A program made the translations under genes and the position numbers. From an uncultured delta proteobacterium (GTDB lineage Bacteria; Myxococcota_A; Polyangia; Fen-1088), in the NCBI GenBank assembly GCA_963767925.1, contig CAVYGB010000006.1, forward strand, positions 192,001-256,000: a stretch of DNA of 64,000 nt, written 5' to 3'. Each line of letters begins with the position of its first letter. Position 1 is the first letter of the stretch. Shown here piece after piece: positions 28,580 through 37,672 of the stretch. The notes under the pieces are model-generated. The model was not told the DNA's origin, searched no databases, and saw only the letters and a program-made list of their open reading frames with translations.

Positions 28580-29824
28580 ATGACATGGTCCCGAGCTGTC
28601 GTTCTCTCAGCGACTCTCCTGTTGATGGGATGTGCAGCGGACGCGGGGCCGGCGCCCGCTCCTCCGATGCCGCCCTCCAGCTCGATGCGGGACGACGCGG
28701 GAGCTCCTGATCGTTCGGCCGAGATCCCGGTTTCTGCCGACGGCGGGCTGAGCCCCGACCTTGCGAGCATGACCCCATCGGATGCCGCAGCCTCGGGTGA
28801 CGGAGCCGCCGCTGGCGAAGCGGGCGTCACCGTGGTGAGCCTATTCGAAAATCCCCTCGCGCCGCTCCCCACCAACCTGAAGGACGTGGGTCTGTTCGCC
28901 GCCTTCCCTCGCACCGACCAGGTCGATCCGCGAGCCTTCGCCTTCGAGCCACGGTATCCGCTCTACAGCAACGGCCTCGACAAGGCTCGCTACGTGGTCC
29001 TTCCGGCCGGGACGAAGATCGATACCAGCACCCGGGACTCCTGGGACTTTCCCGTGGGGACGCTGCTGTTCAAGACCTTCGGCTTCAAGGATCCCGCCAG
29101 CGACGGCGCGCTCAAGCCGGTCGAGACGCGGCTGATCCGCCGGGTCGCCAACACGGGCGCGATCGAAGCGCAGTGGCAGTTCAAGGTCTGGGAGTGGAAC
29201 GCCGACGCCACCGAGGCCACGCTGCTGGAAGGCCGCCGGCGCACGCCGCGCGAGGTGTTGGTAGGGGGGCAAACCATCACCCACAACATCCCCCGACTCG
29301 GTGACTGCTGGAGCTGCCACATCGCCAACAAGTCGCCGGTCATCGGCTTCGATGAGCTCCGCCTGAACCACGGGGTGGGAAGCGCACAGGAGACGCTGCT
29401 GCAGCAGGTGGTCGCCAAGGGCTGGCTCACCACCGCCCCTCAGACGCCATTCCTCGAGGTGCCAAGCGGCCGCAACCCTCTCGAGAAGCAGGTCCTGGAG
29501 TACGCCACCGCCAACTGCGTTCATTGCCACAACGGCGTTCAGGAGACCCGCGAGCCGGGCCAGCGCTACGCCGCGCTGGATCTGACGCCGGCGCGGCTGG
29601 TGGCCAGCACCGTCAACCAGATGACGATGACCTCCGGCACCGCCCCGGGCGTCCGGGTGGTCCCGGGCGACCCCGCCCGAAGCATCCTCCTGCTGGCGCT
29701 GAGAGCCGTCGACAACCCCGATGCCAACACCGAGGTGAAGCCAATGCCCCTGGTCGGTGTAGACCGCGCCGACCAGACCGCGATCGACCTGTTCCAGCGC
29801 TGGATCACCGCCCTCCCCCGCTGA
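28580..29824 (+). CDS. Diheme c-type cytochrome lipoprotein (SO2930-like), paralog 2
   Basis: Lipobox LMGC; LFENPLAP, PLYSNGLDK, WDFPVGTLLFKTF, CWSCH, NCVHCH, KPMP. Confidence 0.8.
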   Translation: MTWSRAVVLSATLLLMGCAADAGPAPAPPMPPSSSMRDDAGAPDRSAEIPVSADGGLSPDLASMTPSDAAASGDGAAAGEAGVTVVSLFENPLAPLPTNLKDVGLFAAFPRTDQVDPRAFAFEPRYPLYSNGLDKARYVVLPAGTKIDTSTRDSWDFPVGTLLFKTFGFKDPASDGALKPVETRLIRRVANTGAIEAQWQFKVWEWNADATEATLLEGRRRTPREVLVGGQTITHNIPRLGDCWSCHIANKSPVIGFDELRLNHGVGSAQETLLQQVVAKGWLTTAPQTPFLEVPSGRNPLEKQVLEYATANCVHCHNGVQETREPGQRYAALDLTPARLVASTVNQMTMTSGTAPGVRVVPGDPARSILLLALRAVDNPDANTEVKPMPLVGVDRADQTAIDLFQRWITALPR

Positions 29825-29825
29825 C

Positions 29826-29860
29826 CCCCAGATCGGAACACACCCAGGACCGATCTGGGG
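29826..29860 (+). terminator. Stem-loop after the cytochrome gene (possible terminator)
   Basis: CCCCAGATCGG...CCGATCTGGGG 11-bp stem; no clear U-tract. Confidence 0.45.
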
Positions 29861-29939
29861 TGCTGTGCGTTTCTGTAGACAGACTCGGTCGATCGTCATA
29901 GCCTGGCGCTCTCAGACATTTTTTTCAGGAGCAGGCGAC

Positions 29940-31457
29940 ATGGTTCATCGCATGGCCACGTTCGCGTGGGTCGGGGTCTTGGCGGCTGGTCTCGCCGGTT
30001 GCATCCTCCAACCGAACCAATATTCCGCGGAATCTACGGAGCTCCTGCCGGATGCGGGGCCCGGGCGCGGTCCGGGCACTGCGGAGCCCGGACCAGCGCA
30101 ACCTGATGGTGGCGCAGGCGCTCCGCCAGCTGGGGATGGTCCCTCGCCGTCGACGCCGAATGATCCGGACCCGGTTCCGCCGGTTGCCGGCGTCGACGCC
30201 AGCACATCTGCCGTCTGCGGGAACGGGGTGCTCGAACCCGGCGAGGAATGTGAAGGAAACTGCCCTGCATCCTGCACCAACCGGGGTTGCACCAAGTTCG
30301 ACCTCCAGGGCTCTCCCGCGCAGTGCACCGCTCGCTGCGTGGAAATGGGTGTGGAGACGGCCTGCAAGAACGGGGATGGCTGCTGCCCGCCCGGCTGCAA
30401 CACCGCAATTGATGGAGATTGCTCCGTCCAGTGCGGCAACGAGCTCCGCGAAGCAGGCGAGACGTGTGATCCCCTCGCCAGTTGCCCGACGAGCTGTCCG
30501 ACGGTCGACTGTCAGCTTCGCAAGCTCATCAATCCGGGAACCTGCGCCGCCGAGTGCGTGAATGACCGTCAGCTGAGCGGCTGCTGCACCAACGACAGCC
30601 AATGCCCGGGAAATTTCGCGTGTCAGAACAAAACGTGCTCGGGAACATGTATCGCTGGACACAAGCTATGCAACGGCTCCTGCATCCCGAACCGTGAGTG
30701 CTGTGGAAGCTGCTCCGGGGACGTCTGCCAGAACGACGACGTGTTCGAGCGCTTCTGCAACAACGGAACCTGCGCCACCCGCATGAATCGGGACTGCGGG
30801 AACTTCAGGTGCGATGGCGAATCCTGCTCGAGCCAGTGCCGGTCAGGGTTCAAGGAATGTAACGGAAGCTGTATCCCTAACAACCAATGTTGTGGCGGCT
30901 GCCCGGGTTCGTTCTGTCAGGACGACGACGCCTTCGAGCGTTTCTGCAACAACGGAACCTGCGACTCCCGAAGGACCCGGGACTGTGGCAACTTCCGGTG
31001 CTCCGGCGGGTCGTGCTCGAACCAGTGCCGGGACGGACTCAAGTCCTGCGACGGAAACTGCATCCCGGAGTCGAGCTGCTGCGGCGGGTGTTCGGGGACG
31101 GTCTGTCAGAATGACGACGAGTTCGTGAGGTTCTGCGACAACGGGACCTGCCGGACGCAATTCTCCACGGACTGCGCGCCGTTTGGATGCAGTGGCACCA
31201 CCTGTCGGACGAGCTGCAGCGGCCGGACCGTGCTGCAGGATGGTCGGTGTGTTCCGTGTGGCGGCCGCGAACAGCCATGCTGCAGGTCGGGCGACGCTTG
31301 CAACAGTCCGAACGATGGTTGTCGTACGACCCGAGGCTTCTTCCCACCGCCTAAACTCAATACGTGCGGGGAATGCGGCTTTCGTGATGCCCCTTGTTGC
31401 GCCGGAAACACCTGCACGGACGATTTCAACCAATGCAACGGTGGGGTCTGCGGTTAG
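29940..31457 (+). CDS. Very Cys-rich lipoprotein with three 63-aa tandem repeats
   Basis: Lipobox LAGC; CGNGVLEPGEEC motif; C.G.CIP...CCG.C.G..CQ.DD.F.RFC.NGTC units anchored at 30669, 30858, 31047 (189-bp period). Confidence 0.85.
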   Translation: MVHRMATFAWVGVLAAGLAGCILQPNQYSAESTELLPDAGPGRGPGTAEPGPAQPDGGAGAPPAGDGPSPSTPNDPDPVPPVAGVDASTSAVCGNGVLEPGEECEGNCPASCTNRGCTKFDLQGSPAQCTARCVEMGVETACKNGDGCCPPGCNTAIDGDCSVQCGNELREAGETCDPLASCPTSCPTVDCQLRKLINPGTCAAECVNDRQLSGCCTNDSQCPGNFACQNKTCSGTCIAGHKLCNGSCIPNRECCGSCSGDVCQNDDVFERFCNNGTCATRMNRDCGNFRCDGESCSSQCRSGFKECNGSCIPNNQCCGGCPGSFCQDDDAFERFCNNGTCDSRRTRDCGNFRCSGGSCSNQCRDGLKSCDGNCIPESSCCGGCSGTVCQNDDEFVRFCDNGTCRTQFSTDCAPFGCSGTTCRTSCSGRTVLQDGRCVPCGGREQPCCRSGDACNSPNDGCRTTRGFFPPPKLNTCGECGFRDAPCCAGNTCTDDFNQCNGGVCG

Positions 31458-31547
31458 TCCCGCTCCGGTCGGAGGACACCTGCGCTCGAGCGCCAACGGT
31501 TTGAGCGGAGGCCCCTGCGGCGTCCGCGGTTCAAACCGTTCGGTGTT

Positions 31548-33068
31548 CTACGAGGCTTCGGCGGCGCGGGAGTGGGGAGGTGGGTCGGGGGGCTGGGGGA
31601 TGGGGGCGGGGGGTGCGGGGCCGTTGGGGGCGGGGCCGTTGGCAGTGGGCGTGGGGGACGGGGGGGCGTTGGCGGCGGGGTTGTCGGGGCCGGTGACGAC
31701 TCGGTTGCGGCCGAGGGATTTTGCCAGGTACATGCCGGCGTCGGCGCGGCCGAGGAGGGCGTCGATGCCCTCGCCGGGGAAGTAGGCGGCGACGCCGATC
31801 GAGACGGTGACGAGGATGGGCTCGCCGGCTTCGTCCTCGATGCGGGCGGCGGCGATGGCGGCCCGGATGCGGTCGGCGACGGTGAGGCCGCCGTCCCGGT
31901 CCGAGCCGCTCAGCAGGACGACGAACTCCTCGCCGCCCCAGCGGCCGGCGAAGTCGAACTTCCGGATCTCGGCGGCCAGCAGGCGGCCCAGGCTGGCCAG
32001 GACGGCGTCGCCCGCGGCGTGGCCCCGCTGGTCGTTGATCTTCTTGAAGTGGTCGACGTCGAGCAGGAGCCCGCACAGCGGGTACCCCTGGCGCTCCGAG
32101 CGGCCGATCTCCCGCTCGACCGCCGCGGTGAAGGCCCGTCGGTTCATCAGGCCGGTGAGGGGATCGGTGGCGGCCTGGCGCTGCGACTCCTCCACCAGGG
32201 AAGCGATCCGGATGGCCCCCCCCAGCTCGCGGGCGATCACCGCCACCAGCTCGGCGTCCTTGGGGTGGGGCTGCTGGCGCACGGCCAGGACCAGGCGCCC
32301 CAGCTTCTCCTGTCCGAGAGTGATGGCCTCGACGATGGGGGGCGCCCCCTCGGCGTCGTCGTAGGCGTCGCGATCCTCGACGGTCAGGGGCAGGATCTCG
32401 GGGGCGACGCCGAGGACGGCCTGGGCCTCGGCCAGGGCCCGCTCACGGGCGGCGGGGTGGCAGTGGATGGCCCAGCGGGGCCGCCGATCGATGCAGACGG
32501 CCAGCCAGCGGTAGCTGGTCACCCGGGCCACGAACTGCGAGAGCAGGTCGAACAGGCGGGCGAAGGTCTCGCACACGCTGAGGGCCCGCACCTCGGAGGC
32601 GATGACCGACTCGAACAGGGCGTTGTCGAGATAGGCGGCGATGCGGTCGCGGATGTCCGGCTCGCCGCCGCTGAGCTGGAAGAACACGTCCTCCTCGGGC
32701 GGCCGGGCGGCGATGGCCTCGGCCAGGGCCCGCACCAGCTCGCCCATGCGACCCTGGCCCACGTAGGCCGCGGCCCCCGCCCGCTCGGCCCAGAAGCGGC
32801 TGTGCTGGTCGCCGTCGGGCCCGCGCAGGATGGTGGGCACGTGCTGGGTGGCGGGCTCGGCCCGAAGCAGCCGGCAGAGCTGCACGCCCGAGATCCCCTG
32901 GGTCCACAGGTCGGCCACCACCGCGGCCGGCGGATCGGCCAGGGCCAGGTTGGCGCCGGCCGCCGGATCGGGCGTGACGGTGACGGAGTAGCCCTGCATG
33001 CGCAGGCGCTCGGCCAGCACATCGCGGTCCTCCGAAGCGTCGACGAGGATGACTGGCTTGCCCGCCAT
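31548..33068 (-). CDS. Diguanylate cyclase with an N-terminal receiver domain
   Basis: TDPLTGLMNRR, DVDHFKKINDQRGH, RKFD I-site, RWGGEEF; REC with VADLW. Confidence 0.92.
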   Translation of the reverse strand: MAGKPVILVDASEDRDVLAERLRMQGYSVTVTPDPAAGANLALADPPAAVVADLWTQGISGVQLCRLLRAEPATQHVPTILRGPDGDQHSRFWAERAGAAAYVGQGRMGELVRALAEAIAARPPEEDVFFQLSGGEPDIRDRIAAYLDNALFESVIASEVRALSVCETFARLFDLLSQFVARVTSYRWLAVCIDRRPRWAIHCHPAARERALAEAQAVLGVAPEILPLTVEDRDAYDDAEGAPPIVEAITLGQEKLGRLVLAVRQQPHPKDAELVAVIARELGGAIRIASLVEESQRQAATDPLTGLMNRRAFTAAVEREIGRSERQGYPLCGLLLDVDHFKKINDQRGHAAGDAVLASLGRLLAAEIRKFDFAGRWGGEEFVVLLSGSDRDGGLTVADRIRAAIAAARIEDEAGEPILVTVSIGVAAYFPGEGIDALLGRADAGMYLAKSLGRNRVVTGPDNPAANAPPSPTPTANGPAPNGPAPPAPIPQPPDPPPHSRAAEAS

Positions 33069-34003
33069 CACAGAAAGCTCAGCTCCCCGGCGAGCAGGTG
33101 CTCGGTGGTCTCGGTGGGGACGTGGGCGCCCGTCAGGTCCATCGTGGTGAGCGAGAACTCGAGGAACAGGTGGGCGTTGCTGAACACGGCGAAGTCGAAC
33201 ATCAGGGCGGGCGCCGCCCGCCGCGAGCGCAGGATCACCTCCTTGCCCATCACCACCATCGGCAGCCCCAGGTCGATGGGGACGCCGAAGCGGCTGAGCC
33301 GGGCCTTGAGGCGGCCCAGCGTCTGGTTGAGGATCTCGCCCCCCAGATCGCCGAGGGCCTGCGGCGAGGCCTCCTTGCCGGCCAGCACCCGCTCGTGGAT
33401 GCGGCGGAGCTTGCTCTCGGGCGCGTCGAGCACCAGGTGTCCCGACACGCCCGGGCCGGAGAAGGGCAACACCGGGATGATCTCCCCCAGCATGTTGCGA
33501 GTGAGCTTGAGGGAGACGGAGATGAACTGGGCGTCGAGGTGGTAGCCGTCGCGCAGCGTCTCGATGGTGCTCTCGCTGACGGCGTCGACGAGGAAGGCGG
33601 GATAGAAGCGCCGGCTCAGCAGGGCCTCGGCCTTCTCGACGATCTCCAGGCGACCGGCGAAGGCCACCGGGGAGTCGGCGGGGGCCGGGCTCTGGGTCAT
33701 CTCCTCGGGGTGGATCCAGAGGATGGGCAGCTCGGGGTGCTTCTCGTGCACCTTGCGGACCGCCTCGGCGTAGACCGAGTCTTTCATGGTCCCGTCGGCC
33801 ACCAGCAGCGACAGCCAGGGCATGCGGTCGACGGCCCCCACCACCTCCTGGGCGCGGTTTGTCACCGCCACCCGGAAGTCGCTGGCCCGAAGCTTCATGA
33901 CCAGCCAGTGAGGCGGCTGCTGCTCGGGCCGCAGCACGAGGGCGTATTTGCGGGCCATGATCCGCGGGGTGTTCTCGGGGGTCAGGGCCAGCGTCTCGCT
34001 CAT
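33068..34003 (-). CDS. CheX-like phosphatase domain protein with a degenerate receiver-like N-terminus
   Basis: DLGGEILNQTLGRLK matches the CheC/CheX ExxN motif, then I.LGLP.VVMG; GELSFL end. Confidence 0.75.
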   Translation of the reverse strand: MSETLALTPENTPRIMARKYALVLRPEQQPPHWLVMKLRASDFRVAVTNRAQEVVGAVDRMPWLSLLVADGTMKDSVYAEAVRKVHEKHPELPILWIHPEEMTQSPAPADSPVAFAGRLEIVEKAEALLSRRFYPAFLVDAVSESTIETLRDGYHLDAQFISVSLKLTRNMLGEIIPVLPFSGPGVSGHLVLDAPESKLRRIHERVLAGKEASPQALGDLGGEILNQTLGRLKARLSRFGVPIDLGLPMVVMGKEVILRSRRAAPALMFDFAVFSNAHLFLEFSLTTMDLTGAHVPTETTEHLLAGELSFL

Positions 34004-34416
34004 GGCTGCAGCACCTTCCGGATGGCCGGGACCAGCACGTCGGCCTTGAAGGGCTTGACCACCCAGGCGGTGGCGCCGGCCGCCTTGCCCTTGCGGACGG
34101 TGTCGCCCGAGGACTCGGTGGTCAGCACGAAGATGGGCGTCTTCTGATAGTCGGGCAGCTTGCGCACGTGGGCGATCATCTCGAGGCCGTTCATGACCGG
34201 CATGTTCACGTCGACCAGGATGAGGTCGAACAGCGCCTTGCTCGCCTCCTCCAGCCCCTCTGCGCCATTGGTAGCCTCGACGATGCGGTAGCCGTGCCCC
34301 TCCAGCAGCACCCGCGTCTGCTGGCGGATGGTCGAGGAATCGTCGACGATCAGAATCGAGCGTGGCGGCTTGGCCTTCTTGCCCACGTCCGCCGGAACCC
34401 GCGCTGGCTCGCTCAC
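34000..34416 (-). CDS. Single-domain CheY-like response regulator
   Basis: ILIVDDS, LVDVNMPVMNG, FVLTTES, GATAWVVKPF. Confidence 0.92.
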   Translation of the reverse strand: MSEPARVPADVGKKAKPPRSILIVDDSSTIRQQTRVLLEGHGYRIVEATNGAEGLEEASKALFDLILVDVNMPVMNGLEMIAHVRKLPDYQKTPIFVLTTESSGDTVRKGKAAGATAWVVKPFKADVLVPAIRKVLQP

Positions 34417-34592
34417 CGTTGCACCCCTTGCTTTCTGGCCGCGCCCCCCGCGACCAACGCCGGACGGCGGCATCCGTCCACCCCTCTTTTCGTCAGGCCG
34501 CAGCGGGTCCTGAAGGGGCCCCCGCTCACCGAGGCGCCAGCGCCTATCGGCTAAAGCTCTGCTGCGCAGCGGCCGACTGTCCACGCGAACCC

Positions 34593-37379
34593 ATGTTCGG
34601 CTCCGGGATACGAGCGCTGGCCAATATTTATCGACCTGGCCTGCGCGGTCGCTTGCTGCTGCTCACGCTGCCTGTGGTCAACGTGGTGTTCGCCGTCATA
34701 TGGCTGGTGGTCACCACCACCGCCCGCGACGGGGTGATGTCCCTCTCGCGCAGCAACCTCCAGTCGGCGGCCAGCGCCCTGGCGGAGGCCGTCGACCAGG
34801 GGATCCTCGACGCCCACACCGACGCCACGACCCTGGCCCACCTCGAGGTCACCGCTCAGGCCCTCGCCAGTCGGGACCCGAAGGACCTGGCCCGATTCGC
34901 CGACGAGGTGATTCGATCGAGCAAGAGCTACGCCGCAATCGTTGTGACCGACCTCGGCGGCGTCGTCGTGGCCTCGAACACCTCCGCCCGCGACGGGCGG
35001 GCCCTGCCCGCGCTGGTGGGTCGGCGCCTGCCCGACGCCGGCTGGACACGCGAGCTGCGCGCGGCTCGAGGTGACGGCGCCCCGGTGCGGATCCCGCTCG
35101 GGCGCCCCGAGTTCCTGGCGCCCGCGCTCGAGGAGCACGAGCAGGTGCTGGGGGTGGCCCGCCCGATCAACGGCCCTACCGGCGAGCCGATCGGGGCCCT
35201 GGCCCTCTTTCTCTCGGCGAACCACTTCGGTGACCTGCTCGACACGCAGCTCTCCACCACGGGCGAGGGCGTCGACGCGGTCGCCCTCATCGTCGACGCG
35301 AAGGGCCTGGTCAAGGTGCTGCCCGCCGGGCTGCGGGCCCAGCCGCACTGGGCGGCGGGTGGTCTGAGCCCCGTCACCCTCGGGCAGAAGGAAAAGCAGG
35401 ACGATCTGTGGCGGGGTCCGGACGGGGTGACGTTCCTGCAGCGCAGCCGGGCAGTCCCCAGCGCCCAGCGGGTGTGGGACATGAACGTGGTGGTGCTGCG
35501 CCCGCTGGCCCGGGCCGAGGCCCCCGTCCAGCAGCTCGGCCGGCGCCTGTTCGTGGCCTTCTTCCTCGGCAGCCTCGTCACCAGCGCCATGCTGGTGCTG
35601 GTGGCGACCCGCTTCGTGGGGCCGATCCGCCGCCTGACGGCCGCCGCCTCGCGCACCGAGCGGGCCGCCGACTTCGAGCCCATCCGGGTGGAGAAGATGG
35701 ACGAGGTGGGCCTGCTGACAACCGCCTTCAACCGCATGCTGGCCGATCTGCGCGACTACCAGGAGGGCTTGACCCAGAAGGTGGAGCAGCGGACCCGCGA
35801 GCTGGCCCAGGCCAAGAAGGAGGTCACCGACATCCTGGACAACATGCAGCAGGCAGTGTTCACCGTCGGATCCGACGGGATCATCAGCAAGGAGGTCTCG
35901 GCCCACGCCCGCGAGATCTTCGGCAACGTGGAGATGGCGGGGCGCAGCCTGAGCGATCTCCTCCAGCTCGACCGCCTGACCGACTCGGAGAAGCGGACCC
36001 GCATGCAGTTCTGGCTGAGCAACATCTTCGGGGCCGACGACCTGCAGTGGATGCTCACCGAGACCGATCGGCTGACCGAGGTTGTGTACCGGCGCCCGCT
36101 ATCCGACGGCACCTTCGAGGACCGCCTGCTGAAGGTGGAGTACGCCCCGATCTACAAACACGGGCAGGTGGATCGGGTGATGGTGATCGTGAAAGACGTC
36201 ACCGAGCTGCAGCGCCTGCAGGCCCAGGTCTTGCGCAAGGAGGAGGAGAACCGGCGCAACCTCGAGCGGGCCCTGCAGATCACCGCCCTCGATCCCGAGC
36301 TGTTCGAGACCTTCTCGGCCGAGAGCGAGTTCCTCATCTCGGTGGCCGAGTCGCTGCTGGCCGCCCCCGCCGAGACCGGAGAGCTGCCCCGCGACGTCAT
36401 CGACGAGCTGTTCCGGGTGATGCACACCTTCAAGGGCAACGCCCGGGTGTTCAAGCTGGTCTCCCTGCAGGACGTGGCCCACACCGCGGAGAACGCGCTC
36501 GAGGCGGCCCGCCGCGAGCAGAAGGTTGGCGCCGCCCAGATCGCCGAGATCCAGGGGGAGGTGGCCAAGGTCCGGCAGACCCTCGAGGAGTTCAAGGGCC
36601 TGGCGGGCAAGCTGCTGCGCCGGCCGCTCGAGGGGGCGGGGGCAGCCGCGGGGCCGGCCCTGAAGATCCCGGAGGCCAAGATCATGCAGCTCCGCCAGAG
36701 CTGGAAGGGGGTCACCTCGACCCTCGTCGAGACCGGCACCCACTTGCCCCGGGCGGCCTCCGATCGTCTGGAGGCCCACGGGGCCAGCATCCGCGAGCTG
36801 ACCCAGGTGCGCATCGCCGACATCGTCGTGCCCCTGCAGATGATGGCCCGCGACCTGGCCCGCGAGCTGGGGAAGGCGATCCAGGACGTCGAGGTGATGG
36901 GGGCGGAGCTGCTGGTCGACGCCCGCATGCTCGCCGACATCAAGGAGATCCTCCTGCACGCCCTTCGCAACGCCGTCGACCACGGCCTCGAGCCGCCCGG
37001 CGAGCGCCAGGCCGCCAACAAGCCCAGCGCCGGCCACATCTCCCTGCGGGCCGAGCAGAAGGAGGGGCGGCTGGTGATCACGGTGGAGGACGACGGCCGC
37101 GGCATCGACCGCGACCAGGTGAAGACCCGGGCCGTCGAGCAGCGCCTGGTGTCCCAGCAGCAGGTGGAGAAGCTGGCCGATCAGGACGTGCTGGAGCTGC
37201 TCTTTCGACCCGGCTTCTCCACCGCCGCCAGCGTCAGCGAGACCTCCGGCCGCGGCGTGGGCATGGACGTGATCCGGGCCAAAGCCAGCGAGCTACACGG
37301 CCGCGCCTCCATCGCCTCCATCCCCGGCCGTGGCGCCATCCTCACCCTCGAAATGCCGATGGAACAAGCCCGCTTCTAG
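34593..37379 (+). CDS. Membrane-bound CheA-like histidine kinase (periplasmic Cache-like sensor-HAMP-PAS-like-Hpt-HATPase), no CheW domain
   Basis: Two TMs; HAMP PIRRLT..DEVGLLTTAFNRM; Hpt LFRVMHTFKGNAR; CheA-type HALRNAVDHGLE, EDDGRGID, FRPGFST, SGRGVGMD; ends right after HATPase. Confidence 0.88.
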   Translation: MFGSGIRALANIYRPGLRGRLLLLTLPVVNVVFAVIWLVVTTTARDGVMSLSRSNLQSAASALAEAVDQGILDAHTDATTLAHLEVTAQALASRDPKDLARFADEVIRSSKSYAAIVVTDLGGVVVASNTSARDGRALPALVGRRLPDAGWTRELRAARGDGAPVRIPLGRPEFLAPALEEHEQVLGVARPINGPTGEPIGALALFLSANHFGDLLDTQLSTTGEGVDAVALIVDAKGLVKVLPAGLRAQPHWAAGGLSPVTLGQKEKQDDLWRGPDGVTFLQRSRAVPSAQRVWDMNVVVLRPLARAEAPVQQLGRRLFVAFFLGSLVTSAMLVLVATRFVGPIRRLTAAASRTERAADFEPIRVEKMDEVGLLTTAFNRMLADLRDYQEGLTQKVEQRTRELAQAKKEVTDILDNMQQAVFTVGSDGIISKEVSAHAREIFGNVEMAGRSLSDLLQLDRLTDSEKRTRMQFWLSNIFGADDLQWMLTETDRLTEVVYRRPLSDGTFEDRLLKVEYAPIYKHGQVDRVMVIVKDVTELQRLQAQVLRKEEENRRNLERALQITALDPELFETFSAESEFLISVAESLLAAPAETGELPRDVIDELFRVMHTFKGNARVFKLVSLQDVAHTAENALEAARREQKVGAAQIAEIQGEVAKVRQTLEEFKGLAGKLLRRPLEGAGAAAGPALKIPEAKIMQLRQSWKGVTSTLVETGTHLPRAASDRLEAHGASIRELTQVRIADIVVPLQMMARDLARELGKAIQDVEVMGAELLVDARMLADIKEILLHALRNAVDHGLEPPGERQAANKPSAGHISLRAEQKEGRLVITVEDDGRGIDRDQVKTRAVEQRLVSQQQVEKLADQDVLELLFRPGFSTAASVSETSGRGVGMDVIRAKASELHGRASIASIPGRGAILTLEMPMEQARF

Positions 37380-37402
37380 AACACCGCAAGGTTTGCTCGG
37401 CG

Positions 37403-37570
37403 CCCCCTCGCCCCTCCCTCTCCCCGCTTCGCGGGGCGCGGGCGAACGGGCAACGGGGAGCCTGAATCTCGAGAGAATCTCCCGCTGGAGCGTCCGCTCG
37501 GGTGATGGTCGAGGCATCCGCAATCTGTCCGCCCTCGCCCCGCGGCAGCGAGGAGCGGGCGGGGTGAGGG
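37403..37570. repeat. Inverted pair of REP-like palindromic elements
   Basis: CCCCCTCGCCCCTCCCTCTCCCCGCTTCGCGGGGCGCGGG (37403-37442) and a degenerate inverted copy CCCTCGCCCCGCGGCAGCGAGGAGCGGGCGGGGTGAGGG (37532-37570). Confidence 0.6.
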
Positions 37571-37672
37571 TCCGGCGCTCGCAAGGGGGTTTCCGCGACC
37601 AAACCCGGGCATGCAGGAGCCCCCTTAGCGCACTAGCAGCGCCAGGGGGGGCGTGCTAAGCGGAGGCTCAGT

